DNA of 64,000 bases, taken from assembly GCA_965224245.1 (NCBI GenBank), contig OZ245046.1, positions 2,592,001 through 2,656,000 of the forward strand. Reading direction: 5' to 3'. Positions 50,713-59,022 of the stretch are shown here, piece by piece (within the stretch, counting starts at the first letter, position 1; every line of letters starts with the position of its first letter). The notes under the pieces are model-generated. The model ran no database searches, was not told the DNA's origin, and was given only the letters and a program-made list of their open reading frames with translations. The position numbers were made by a program, and so were the translations under genes. Origin of the DNA: Candidatus Eiseniibacteriota bacterium. Its GTDB lineage: Bacteria > Eisenbacteria > RBG-16-71-46 > CAZAMP01.

Positions 50713-52280
50713 CGGGTCGCTCCCTCGGAGACGGGGACGGGTTCGCCCGCGCGATCGGCCGGCGGGAGCACCCACGCGACCTCGATCGGGGCACCGGTCG
50801 TGGGATGCGGGAGCGACTCCGATGGGTTCTCGAACCTCCCGGGCCACAGCCGCGCCAGCGGTCCATGAACGGCCAGGAAGACGGCACCCTGGTCGACGAG
50901 CGTCCGCCGGGCGGGCGCATCGCCGGCGAAGAGTCCGTCGGTGGGGATCGCGATGCGAGTCCCGGACGCGCGCCACGCCCATGCCAGCTGCGCGGCCAGA
51001 CCGTAGTCGTCCGACACGATCCACGCCGGCGGCGCCGCCCCCCGCGGGCGGGTCGCCGCCAGCCGGTCACGGAACGGGTCGAGCGGACGGTACTCCCGAA
51101 AGCGCTCCGACCAGCCCCCGGTCGTGGACACCCGCGCCTCGCGCGTGCTGGCGGCGAGGCGATAGGTGCCCGCGGTCCCCGGCAAGCGCGTCTCGAGCGA
51201 GGCCACGAGGTCGGGATGTGTCATGAGCACCACCATCGCCAGGCTCGCCAGTCCCGTCGACGAGACCGCGATCCCCGCGGCTCGCGCGCCCCAGAGCGGT
51301 CGGGCGAACGGAGCCAGGAGGAAGAGTCCCGGCAGCACCCAGTTGCCCTTGAACTGCCCGTTCGTGATCAGCATGACCGCGAAGCACACCACCAGTCCCC
51401 CGCCGAGCACCAACGCGACCCGTGTGGCGTCGGTCATCGGCGGCCGCCTCCGCCGGGGCACGACGCGACGCACGGCGCCCACGAGCGAGCGCAGGCCATC
51501 GCCGGCCAGGACCGGTCCCCCCTCGAACGCCAGCGCGAGCAGCACCACGCCCGCAATCGTCCAGATGCCATGCGTGGGATCGAGTCGTCCGAACGAGAGC
51601 AGCTCGCGGACCATCGCCCCGTTCGTCGCGACCAGCACCGGGGATGCGAGACCGAGCGCGCCCAGTCCGCACGTGAGCCCGACTTGGACCGACACGCGCG
51701 CGCCGAGCAGCCCGGCGACCCCGAGCGGGATCACGAGCACGCCGGTCGGCTTCGCCCAGACGAGGACGCCCGACAGGAGCGTGGCCAGCGCGATCGAGCC
51801 CCCGGCACCGGCGCGCCCGCGTCGCGAGCCGCGGGCGACGTCTTCGAGGACGAGGGCCAGCGCCAGGAAGAGCGGCACGAACACGGCGTCGGGATGCACG
51901 ATCGCACCCGTGTACGTCTGCCAGGGACACAGCGCCAGCGCCGCGAGGAGCGCGCGCCGGCGCGCCGGCGCCACCTCCGCCCGGAGGAGCACGCGGTGGG
52001 CCAGCGCGAGGGTGGCCGCGCCGAGCCCGAGCACGACGAGCCTCGGCATCCACGCCCCCGGCGTTCCGATCGCCGTCACCAGTGCGAGCACGCCCCCCAG
52101 GAGCGGCGCGTACGCCAGGTGCCCCTCGCGCGCCCAGACGACGTACGTCGCCTCGTCGCGCCCCGGCGCCGGGAGCATGAGAAGGGCGAGCCGAAGCACC
52201 CCCGCCACGACGAGCGCGACCCCGAGCCCGCGCGGCCCGACGCCGCGATCCTCGCTCGGGTCGGGGGACGTCGCGCTCAC
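50709..52280 (-). CDS. Multi-pass membrane protein, ArnT/PMT-like (GT-C fold) glycosyltransferase
   Basis: Many TM segments; RDEATYVVWA...YAPL loop after the first TM; HPDA; LVWAKPTG; GNW. Confidence 0.6.
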   Translation of the reverse strand: MSATSPDPSEDRGVGPRGLGVALVVAGVLRLALLMLPAPGRDEATYVVWAREGHLAYAPLLGGVLALVTAIGTPGAWMPRLVVLGLGAATLALAHRVLLRAEVAPARRRALLAALALCPWQTYTGAIVHPDAVFVPLFLALALVLEDVARGSRRGRAGAGGSIALATLLSGVLVWAKPTGVLVIPLGVAGLLGARVSVQVGLTCGLGALGLASPVLVATNGAMVRELLSFGRLDPTHGIWTIAGVVLLALAFEGGPVLAGDGLRSLVGAVRRVVPRRRRPPMTDATRVALVLGGGLVVCFAVMLITNGQFKGNWVLPGLFLLAPFARPLWGARAAGIAVSSTGLASLAMVVLMTHPDLVASLETRLPGTAGTYRLAASTREARVSTTGGWSERFREYRPLDPFRDRLAATRPRGAAPPAWIVSDDYGLAAQLAWAWRASGTRIAIPTDGLFAGDAPARRTLVDQGAVFLAVHGPLARLWPGRFENPSESLPHPTTGAPIEVAWVLPPADRAGEPVPVSEGATR

Positions 52281-53488
52281 AGCGGCGGCCGGTTGCGCTC
52301 GCCGTAGCCGGTGAGCTCGACGTAGCCGCGCCCGATCGAGGCGCCGGCGGCGCCGGTCACCGTCACCGGTCCCTCCCAGTAGTGGAGCCCGGCGCGCGTG
52401 GAGACGTCCTCCGCGTTCGCCACCACCGGAGACACGACGACGTCCAGCGCCTCGGACGGGATGCGCAGTCGCCAGCGCGTCGGATAGCGGGCACCGGTCT
52501 CGGGGCTGGTCCACGCCCCCGACGCGGTCACGTCGAGGTCGTCGCCGGACAGCCACGCCGGCCGACCCGCTCGATCCACGACCGTGCCGAACATCACGTC
52601 GGCCGCGCCGGTGGAGTCGCGAAGCACGTAGACCATCACGTCCCGGCCATCGGCGAGATGAAGCGCGAGCCAGTCCCAGCCGATCTGGGTCGGCCCGAGT
52701 GCGCTCGTGCTGAACTCCCGGTCCATCCAGCCGAGACCCTCGACGTCGACCGTGCGGCCGCCGAACGTGACGCGGCCGGTCGTGGCGAGCCGCGTGAAGC
52801 TGTAGTACTGGCTGGCGCCTCCGTCACCCTTTCGGCTGTAGCCGTTCGGACCCTGAAAGACGCGCGGCTTCTCCGGCGTCGCGGTCAGCGCGAGCCCGAT
52901 GCCGTTCACGGCGTCGGCCATTCGCAACGCGAAGCCGCCGCCGGTCCACGCGAGCTCCCACCGATCGTCGGTCCCGGCGGGCGCGAGGCTCCAGGCCAGC
53001 ACGGAATCGGGAGGCGTGCCGAATCCGCCGACGAGGCCGCCCGCCCGGCGCAGCACCTCGGAGAACACGTGCCGGCCCTCCTCGAGATCGGTGATCGCGG
53101 CGTGACCCATGACGAGCCTCGAGTCGTCCCACGCCGGTGCGGTCGAGTCGGCGGGCTCGTTGCGGAGCCTCACCTGAAAGAACGTCAGCTGAAACCCGAA
53201 GCGGGGCTGGACCTCGCCGGCGACACGGAGGTGTCCGGTGACGTACCACCACTCGGACCGGTAGCCCTCGTGCGCGAAGTGGTCTCGCGGAAACGACCAC
53301 GCGTAGTCGGGCGTCGCCGTGCGCCAGGGCACGCGCCCGGTCGAGTCGGTGGCCGTCGCCGCCTCCCGTGAGGTCGGCGACGTGTCGGGGACCGCGGCGT
53401 CCGGGGCGGACGTTCCGTGGGCGAGCGCACACGCCGCCCCCGCGGCGGCGATCGCTTTCGGGATCGACCGTCTCCGCGCGCACGTCAT
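52277..53488 (-). CDS. AttH-like / CrtC (lipocalin-like) exported protein
   Basis: FPRDHFAH, EWWYVTGHL, YYSFTRL, WMDREFS, GWDW, YWEG, GYVELTGY. Confidence 0.88.
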   Translation of the reverse strand: MTCARRRSIPKAIAAAGAACALAHGTSAPDAAVPDTSPTSREAATATDSTGRVPWRTATPDYAWSFPRDHFAHEGYRSEWWYVTGHLRVAGEVQPRFGFQLTFFQVRLRNEPADSTAPAWDDSRLVMGHAAITDLEEGRHVFSEVLRRAGGLVGGFGTPPDSVLAWSLAPAGTDDRWELAWTGGGFALRMADAVNGIGLALTATPEKPRVFQGPNGYSRKGDGGASQYYSFTRLATTGRVTFGGRTVDVEGLGWMDREFSTSALGPTQIGWDWLALHLADGRDVMVYVLRDSTGAADVMFGTVVDRAGRPAWLSGDDLDVTASGAWTSPETGARYPTRWRLRIPSEALDVVVSPVVANAEDVSTRAGLHYWEGPVTVTGAAGASIGRGYVELTGYGERNRPPL

Positions 53489-55992
53489 CCGACCTCCCGT
53501 CCCAGCTCGGTGGCCGGCGTGCGGCTCACGCCGAGCGCGGGGTAGATGCTGGCCAGCGCGGCGGCGAGCAGGACCACGGCGAGCTCGAACGCCATCGTGC
53601 TCCACGGCCACGCCCAGCGAATGGTCCATCCGAAGTGGGCGCGATTGATCACGAACACGAGGATGACCGCGAACAGGACGCCGCCGACCGATCCGAGCGC
53701 GGTGCCCAGCGCGCCGATCCCGATGCCCTCGCTCAGGAACGTCGTACCGAGCTGCCGGCGACTCCCGCCCAGGCAGCGAAGGAGCGCGAACTCCGCGCGT
53801 CGCTCGCGCGCGGTGATCACGAGCGTGCTCGTGACACCGGTGGCCGCCACCACGAGCGCGAGCACCTGCAAGAGGCGCGTGATCGCGAAGGTCTGATCGA
53901 AGATCTCCAGGCTGTCCCCGCGGATCCGCGCGTTGCTCCGGATCTCGAGTGGCACGTCCGGGAGAGCCGCGCGAAGACGCTCCACCGTGCGATCCGCATC
54001 CTCGCCGCGCTCGAGGTAGAGGGCCACGTTCTCGGTCGCGCCGGGTCCGAAGACGCGGTCGAAGTGAGGTCGCGCCATGATCACCGCGCCCGACTCCGAC
54101 GCGTAGTCGTGATACACCGCCGCGATCGGCAGACGAGCGGGGCGCACGCCGGGCACGTCGAGCGTGTCGCCCGGTCCCAGCGACAGCCGGCGCGCGAGGG
54201 GCTCGGAGATCAGGATGCCGCGAGCGGCGTCGAGCGCGTCGATGGCCACGTCGGCCGAGCCCGCCGCGAGCCGTAGACGGGTCTCGTCGAACGGGACCCC
54301 GAAGCCGATGCCGGCGAACGAGACGGGGCGTCCCCCGATCCGGAGCACCGTCTGGCGAAGGGTATCGACCGCGCGCACCGGTGGCGCGGCGAGCACCTCC
54401 AGCACGTCCTCGGTCATCGTGGGTGCGCCCGCACCGCGCGACCACGCGGCCGGCGTCACGTACACGTCGGCGCGAAGCGTCGCGTCGAGCCAGACCACGA
54501 GCGTCTCGCGGAAGCTGGCGACCATGATCGTCACGCCGAGCAACATGCTCACGGAGGTGGCCAGCGCGGCGACGGCGACGCTGGACGCGGACAGCCGGGC
54601 GACCAGGCTCCTGACGCCCATCGACCACCCGAGCGCGGTCACCTGAACACGCTCACACACCAGCCGCACGGCCATGGGCGTCCACGAGACGAGCGCGATG
54701 AGCACGCCGAGCGCCAGCACGAAGCCGAAGTCCGTCCATGCACCGGCCCCCGAGGCGAGCGCGATGAGAACGCCCGCCGCGACGGCGGTTCCCAGCCCGA
54801 AGAGGCGCCACGACCAGCGACGGAGGCGATCGTCCGGCGCCCCCGGAGACAGGAGCGTGCGGGGCGGGCGGCGCACGAGCTCGAGCGTCGGACCGAGCGT
54901 GGCCAGGATCGGCACCACGAGGGCGAGGAGGAGCCCGAACGCCACCGTCGCTCCCGACACCCGGACACCACGGATCTCGTTCAGCAGGTAGACGTTCGTG
55001 AGCGTGGCACTGACCCGGTCCACGCTCGCGTCCGCGGCCACGATCGCCAGCGGCAGCCCAAGAAGACCGCCGGCCAGACCCAGCGCGACCGCCTCGGCGA
55101 GCAAGGTCCCGGCCACGGCGAGTCGGCTCGCGCCGAGCACGCGCAGCACGCCGACCTCGCGCCGGCGGCGACCGAGGGACGCCCGCACCGCCGCGAAGAT
55201 CAGGAAGCCGCCGACGAGCACGCTGATCAAGCTCATCGCGGTCAGGTTCAGGCGAAACGCCGACAGGAGCTGCGCGGTGTCGTCGCGACGCTCGGAGGCC
55301 GTGGAGGCGGTGAACCGGGGACCCAGGCGGGCCTCGAGCCGGCGGGCCACATCCTCGATCGGGATGCCGGGCGCGACCGACACGTGAATCTCGCTGAGCA
55401 CGCCCCGCGCGCCGAACCGCCGTTGCGCATCGGCGATGTCCACGAAGACCATCGTCGGGGACGCGAGCGGGCTCAGGTCGCCGAAATCGAGCGCGGCGAC
55501 CACCACGAGCCCCAGGCGTTCCACTCCGTTGGCGACCACCAGCGTGTCGCCGGGCTCGAGCACGAGGTTCCGCGCCAGTTGATCGGACACGACGGCCCAC
55601 CGGGGTGTGGCGATCACGTCGATGTCCCGATCGGGAGGCAGCGCACCCACGGTGAAGGGATCGATGCCGACGATCTCCAGCATCGAGCCCGGACGATCGG
55701 GCAGCGTGGCCCGGGCGCGAATCACCGGACGCGCCTCCCGCACGCCCTCGGTGCCGAGCACGGCCGGAAAGACCCGCTCGTCGAACGTGGCCGCATCACC
55801 GATCACGCTGATCTCGGCGTCACCCATCACCGCAGCCAGGCTACCCGCGAACGCACCGACCGCGTTCGCGCTGATGAGCCGGACCGCGACGACCGACGAC
55901 GTCCCCAGCGCCACGCCGAAGACGCAGAGGAGCGCGAGGATTCGCGATCCTTCGACGTGCGCGAGGAACGCGCGGACGACGTAGCGAATCAC
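53485..55992 (-). CDS. ABC transporter permease, duplicated FtsX/MacB type (AttF/G-like)
   Basis: Two periplasmic plus FtsX halves; AFRLNL, RRREVGVLRVLG, IFDQTFAIT, INRAHFGWT. Confidence 0.88.
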   Translation of the reverse strand: MIRYVVRAFLAHVEGSRILALLCVFGVALGTSSVVAVRLISANAVGAFAGSLAAVMGDAEISVIGDAATFDERVFPAVLGTEGVREARPVIRARATLPDRPGSMLEIVGIDPFTVGALPPDRDIDVIATPRWAVVSDQLARNLVLEPGDTLVVANGVERLGLVVVAALDFGDLSPLASPTMVFVDIADAQRRFGARGVLSEIHVSVAPGIPIEDVARRLEARLGPRFTASTASERRDDTAQLLSAFRLNLTAMSLISVLVGGFLIFAAVRASLGRRRREVGVLRVLGASRLAVAGTLLAEAVALGLAGGLLGLPLAIVAADASVDRVSATLTNVYLLNEIRGVRVSGATVAFGLLLALVVPILATLGPTLELVRRPPRTLLSPGAPDDRLRRWSWRLFGLGTAVAAGVLIALASGAGAWTDFGFVLALGVLIALVSWTPMAVRLVCERVQVTALGWSMGVRSLVARLSASSVAVAALATSVSMLLGVTIMVASFRETLVVWLDATLRADVYVTPAAWSRGAGAPTMTEDVLEVLAAPPVRAVDTLRQTVLRIGGRPVSFAGIGFGVPFDETRLRLAAGSADVAIDALDAARGILISEPLARRLSLGPGDTLDVPGVRPARLPIAAVYHDYASESGAVIMARPHFDRVFGPGATENVALYLERGEDADRTVERLRAALPDVPLEIRSNARIRGDSLEIFDQTFAITRLLQVLALVVAATGVTSTLVITARERRAEFALLRCLGGSRRQLGTTFLSEGIGIGALGTALGSVGGVLFAVILVFVINRAHFGWTIRWAWPWSTMAFELAVVLLAAALASIYPALGVSRTPATELGREVG

Positions 55993-56669
55993 GGCGTCTC
56001 GAGTCGCCCGCCACGCAAGAGCCAGCGCGCGCCGGCGCGGGCGGCCAGCTGATCGTCGTGCGTCACCACGACCAGCGTCACCTCCTCGTGCCGCACGAGC
56101 TCGAGGAGCACGTCGATCACGTGCGTCCCCGACGCGTCGTCCAGGTTTCCCGTCGGCTCGTCGGCGAGCAAGAGCGACGGGCGCCGGCACAGCGCCCGGC
56201 AGATCGCCACGCGCTGCGCCTCGCCGCCGCTGAGGCGCTCGACGCGGTCGTACGCACGATCGGCGAGCCCCACGCGCGCCAGGAGGGCCATGGCGCGCTC
56301 GCGTGCGGACGGGAGCCGATCGCCGGCGATCATGGACGGCAGGAGCACGTTCTCCACCACCGACAGGTGCGAGAGCAGGTGGAAGAACTGGAACACGAAC
56401 CCGACGTGGTCGCGCCGGAGACGCGTCCGCGCCTCGTCCGAGACGCGACCCAGGTCCCGGTCGAAGAGCGTGATGCGGCCGGAGGTGGGCACGTCGATGC
56501 CGGCGGCCAGGTTCAGGAGCGTGGACTTCCCGGCGCCGCTCGGTCCCAGGATCGCGACCGACGACGCCTTCGGCAGCGCGAAGTCGACCGCGTCCAGAAC
56601 GCGGCGAACGTTGCCGGACGTGTCGCGGTACGACTTTCCGACGCTCTGGAAGCTCAGGACGGGATTCAT
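55989..56669 (-). CDS. ABC transporter ATP-binding protein (LolD/MacB/AttE type)
   Basis: GPSGAGKST, GFVFQFFHL, LSGGEAQRVAI, ADEPTGNLD, VVTHD. Confidence 0.93.
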   Translation of the reverse strand: MNPVLSFQSVGKSYRDTSGNVRRVLDAVDFALPKASSVAILGPSGAGKSTLLNLAAGIDVPTSGRITLFDRDLGRVSDEARTRLRRDHVGFVFQFFHLLSHLSVVENVLLPSMIAGDRLPSARERAMALLARVGLADRAYDRVERLSGGEAQRVAICRALCRRPSLLLADEPTGNLDDASGTHVIDVLLELVRHEEVTLVVVTHDDQLAARAGARWLLRGGRLETP

Positions 56670-56698
56670 CGCCGATCCACGATACCGGTCCGCCGGGC

Positions 56699-56752
56699 GC
56701 CTGACCAGCGGGATCGGTCGGGATCGGGTGCGCGCGATCGCCCGCGTCAGGC
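56699..56752. terminator. Imperfect hairpin at the end of the kinase gene
   Basis: GCCTGAC..GCGGG..GATCG / CGATC..CCCGC..GTCAGGC. Confidence 0.3.
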
Positions 56753-58987
56753 GGCGCGCTCGATGGCGTCCCCGGGATCCCGCCGCCCCGCCGACGCCCC
56801 CAGTACGCTGGCCAGCGTCGCGAACAGAACGTCGGGTCGGATGGGCTTGGCGACGTGCGCGTCCATGCCGGCCGCGAGACAGCGTTCGCGATCCTGCTTG
56901 AGCGCGTGGGCCGTGAGCGCCACGATCGGCACGTGCCCGCCGGTCCGCCGCTCCTGCTCGCGGATCACGGCGGTCGCCTCGAACCCGTCCATCTCCGGCA
57001 TCGACAGGTCCATCAGGATCGCGTCGTAGTCGAAGCGACCCACCTTCTCGACCGCCTCCAGGCCGGTGTTCGCGATCGAGACCTCGTACCCCTCGCGCTC
57101 GAGGAGGCGAGCCGCGATCAGCTGATTGACGCGGTTGTCCTCCACGAGGAGCACGTGGCGCGTCAGCGGAACCTCACACGGCGTCTCGTCCTCCTCCTCG
57201 GTGATGGAGGCGGCGAGCGCGTTCGTCAGCGCATCAAAGAGCTCGGAGCGCCGGACGGGCTTCTCCAGGGTGGCGCCCCCCAGCATCGACGTCCAGGCGA
57301 GCTCGCCCCCCCGGCGCCGGCTCGTCACGAGCTGGACCGCGCTCCGATCCAGCCCACCGTTCAGACGGAGCGCGCCGATCAGGTTGGCCACCTCGGTCAC
57401 GGGCACGGCCTCCACGTCGATGATGGCCGCACGAAACGGTGCCCGCGTCGCGCGGTGCAGGGCATCGATCGCGTCCTCGAAGGTCGCCACGACGGTCGGC
57501 TTGACGTCCCACGAGTGCAGCGTGTCCCGGAGGAAGCTGGCCGTGAGCCGACTGGGCTCGAACACGAGGATGGAGGCGCCGTGGATCGGCGTCGAGGACC
57601 GCGTGGACGCGGGCAGCACCGATCGCGACCCCAGTGTGAACGGTACCGCGAGGATGAACGCCGACCCCCGGGGCCGGCGGTGCTCGAGTCGGATGTGTCC
57701 GCCGAGCAGCCGCGCGATCTCGCCGGAGACGGTCAGCCCCAGTCCGATCCCCCCCGCCTCGCGGGTGGACCGGCCGTCGGCCTGGGTGAACGCCTCGAAG
57801 ATCAGCCCTTCCTTCTCCGCGGACACGCCGACGCCGGTGTCCAGCACCGAGAACGACAGCTCGACCTGCCCGTCGCGCCAGCCGTCCACGGCCACGTTCA
57901 GCTCGATGTGGCCCTCGCGCGTGAACTTGATCGCGTTGTCCAGGAGATGCATGAGCGCCTGCCTTACCCGACGCACGTCCCCGATGAGCGCGTCCGGCAC
58001 GTCCAGGGAGACGCGATAGACCAGATCGAGACCGTGCGCGTGCGCGCGAGGAGAGAGCGAGCGCACGAGCTCCTGCAGGAAGTCCCTGAGACCGAACGGA
58101 CCCGGGGTCACCTCGAGCGTTCCCGCCTCGGCGCTGGTGAAGTCCAGCACCCGCTCCACGGTGGACAGGAGCGTGTCCGCCGCATCCTCCATCGCCGCGA
58201 CGTGCTGGCGCTGCTCGGTGTCCAGACCGGTGGCGCCCAGAAGCTCGAGATGCCCCATGATCCCGTTCAACGGCGTCCGGATCTCGTGGCTGACGTTCGC
58301 GAGGAACTGGTCCTTCGCGCTGCTGGCGACCGCCGACGCCTCGACGGCCTCCTCCAGCGTGCGCGCGTGCGCGTGGAGAAGCCGGTTACCGATCAGGGAC
58401 TCGCGAAACGCCCGCGTGTGCTGAGCGGCGGTCTTCAACGTGATCACGAGGAAAAGCACGAGCATCGTCGCGATCGCCGGGCCGACCTCGGGGATCACGA
58501 GTCCCGCGGTCAGCGCCCCCGGCATCGTGACCACCACGACGAAGGCCCGCACCAGGGGCCCGTTCGGAAGCGAGGTCACCGCGGTGGACGCGATCCCCGC
58601 GATGGCCACGATCGTCACGTAGGAGGTCCAGGTCGCGCCGAACATGACGTAGGTGATGCTGGAGAAGGCCGCCCAGAGCGCTCCGGTGGCGAGCACCGAC
58701 GCCGCGAACATACGGCGCCAGCGTCGGCTGTGTCGCTCGTACATGCGCGCGAAGCGCCGGATGACCCACATCCGGACCAGTCCGGCCAGAAGGAACGCAC
58801 CGACGACCGGCGTCAGCAGGCTCGCGTGATCGTGGACCCAGCCGGAGATCAGAAACAGGAGCAGCGCGAGAAGCGAATGCCCCAGCGCCACCGCGCGGGA
58901 CCGATGGCACAGCTCTTGAGCCGTGTCGCGCTCGATCGCGGCCAGATCCTCCGGACCGAGCCGGAGTCGCTCCTGCTTGAGGGCCAT
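56747..58987 (-). CDS. Hybrid histidine kinase (multi-TM sensor, HisKA, HATPase, degenerate REC, REC)
   Basis: FLANVSHEIRTPLNG, LLDNAIKFT, DTGVG, GGIGLGL; REC with EDN, MDLSMP and KP. Confidence 0.92.
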   Translation of the reverse strand: MALKQERLRLGPEDLAAIERDTAQELCHRSRAVALGHSLLALLLFLISGWVHDHASLLTPVVGAFLLAGLVRMWVIRRFARMYERHSRRWRRMFAASVLATGALWAAFSSITYVMFGATWTSYVTIVAIAGIASTAVTSLPNGPLVRAFVVVVTMPGALTAGLVIPEVGPAIATMLVLFLVITLKTAAQHTRAFRESLIGNRLLHAHARTLEEAVEASAVASSAKDQFLANVSHEIRTPLNGIMGHLELLGATGLDTEQRQHVAAMEDAADTLLSTVERVLDFTSAEAGTLEVTPGPFGLRDFLQELVRSLSPRAHAHGLDLVYRVSLDVPDALIGDVRRVRQALMHLLDNAIKFTREGHIELNVAVDGWRDGQVELSFSVLDTGVGVSAEKEGLIFEAFTQADGRSTREAGGIGLGLTVSGEIARLLGGHIRLEHRRPRGSAFILAVPFTLGSRSVLPASTRSSTPIHGASILVFEPSRLTASFLRDTLHSWDVKPTVVATFEDAIDALHRATRAPFRAAIIDVEAVPVTEVANLIGALRLNGGLDRSAVQLVTSRRRGGELAWTSMLGGATLEKPVRRSELFDALTNALAASITEEEDETPCEVPLTRHVLLVEDNRVNQLIAARLLEREGYEVSIANTGLEAVEKVGRFDYDAILMDLSMPEMDGFEATAVIREQERRTGGHVPIVALTAHALKQDRERCLAAGMDAHVAKPIRPDVLFATLASVLGASAGRRDPGDAIERAA

Positions 58988-59022
58988 CGGCCCTTCGGGC
59001 GACCCGGCGCCGCGCGCGCGGT

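Noticed and set aside
52277..53488. Carotenoid biosynthesis (crtC)
   Set aside because: No other crt genes are present; the ABC-transporter context indicates the AttH-like subgroup.
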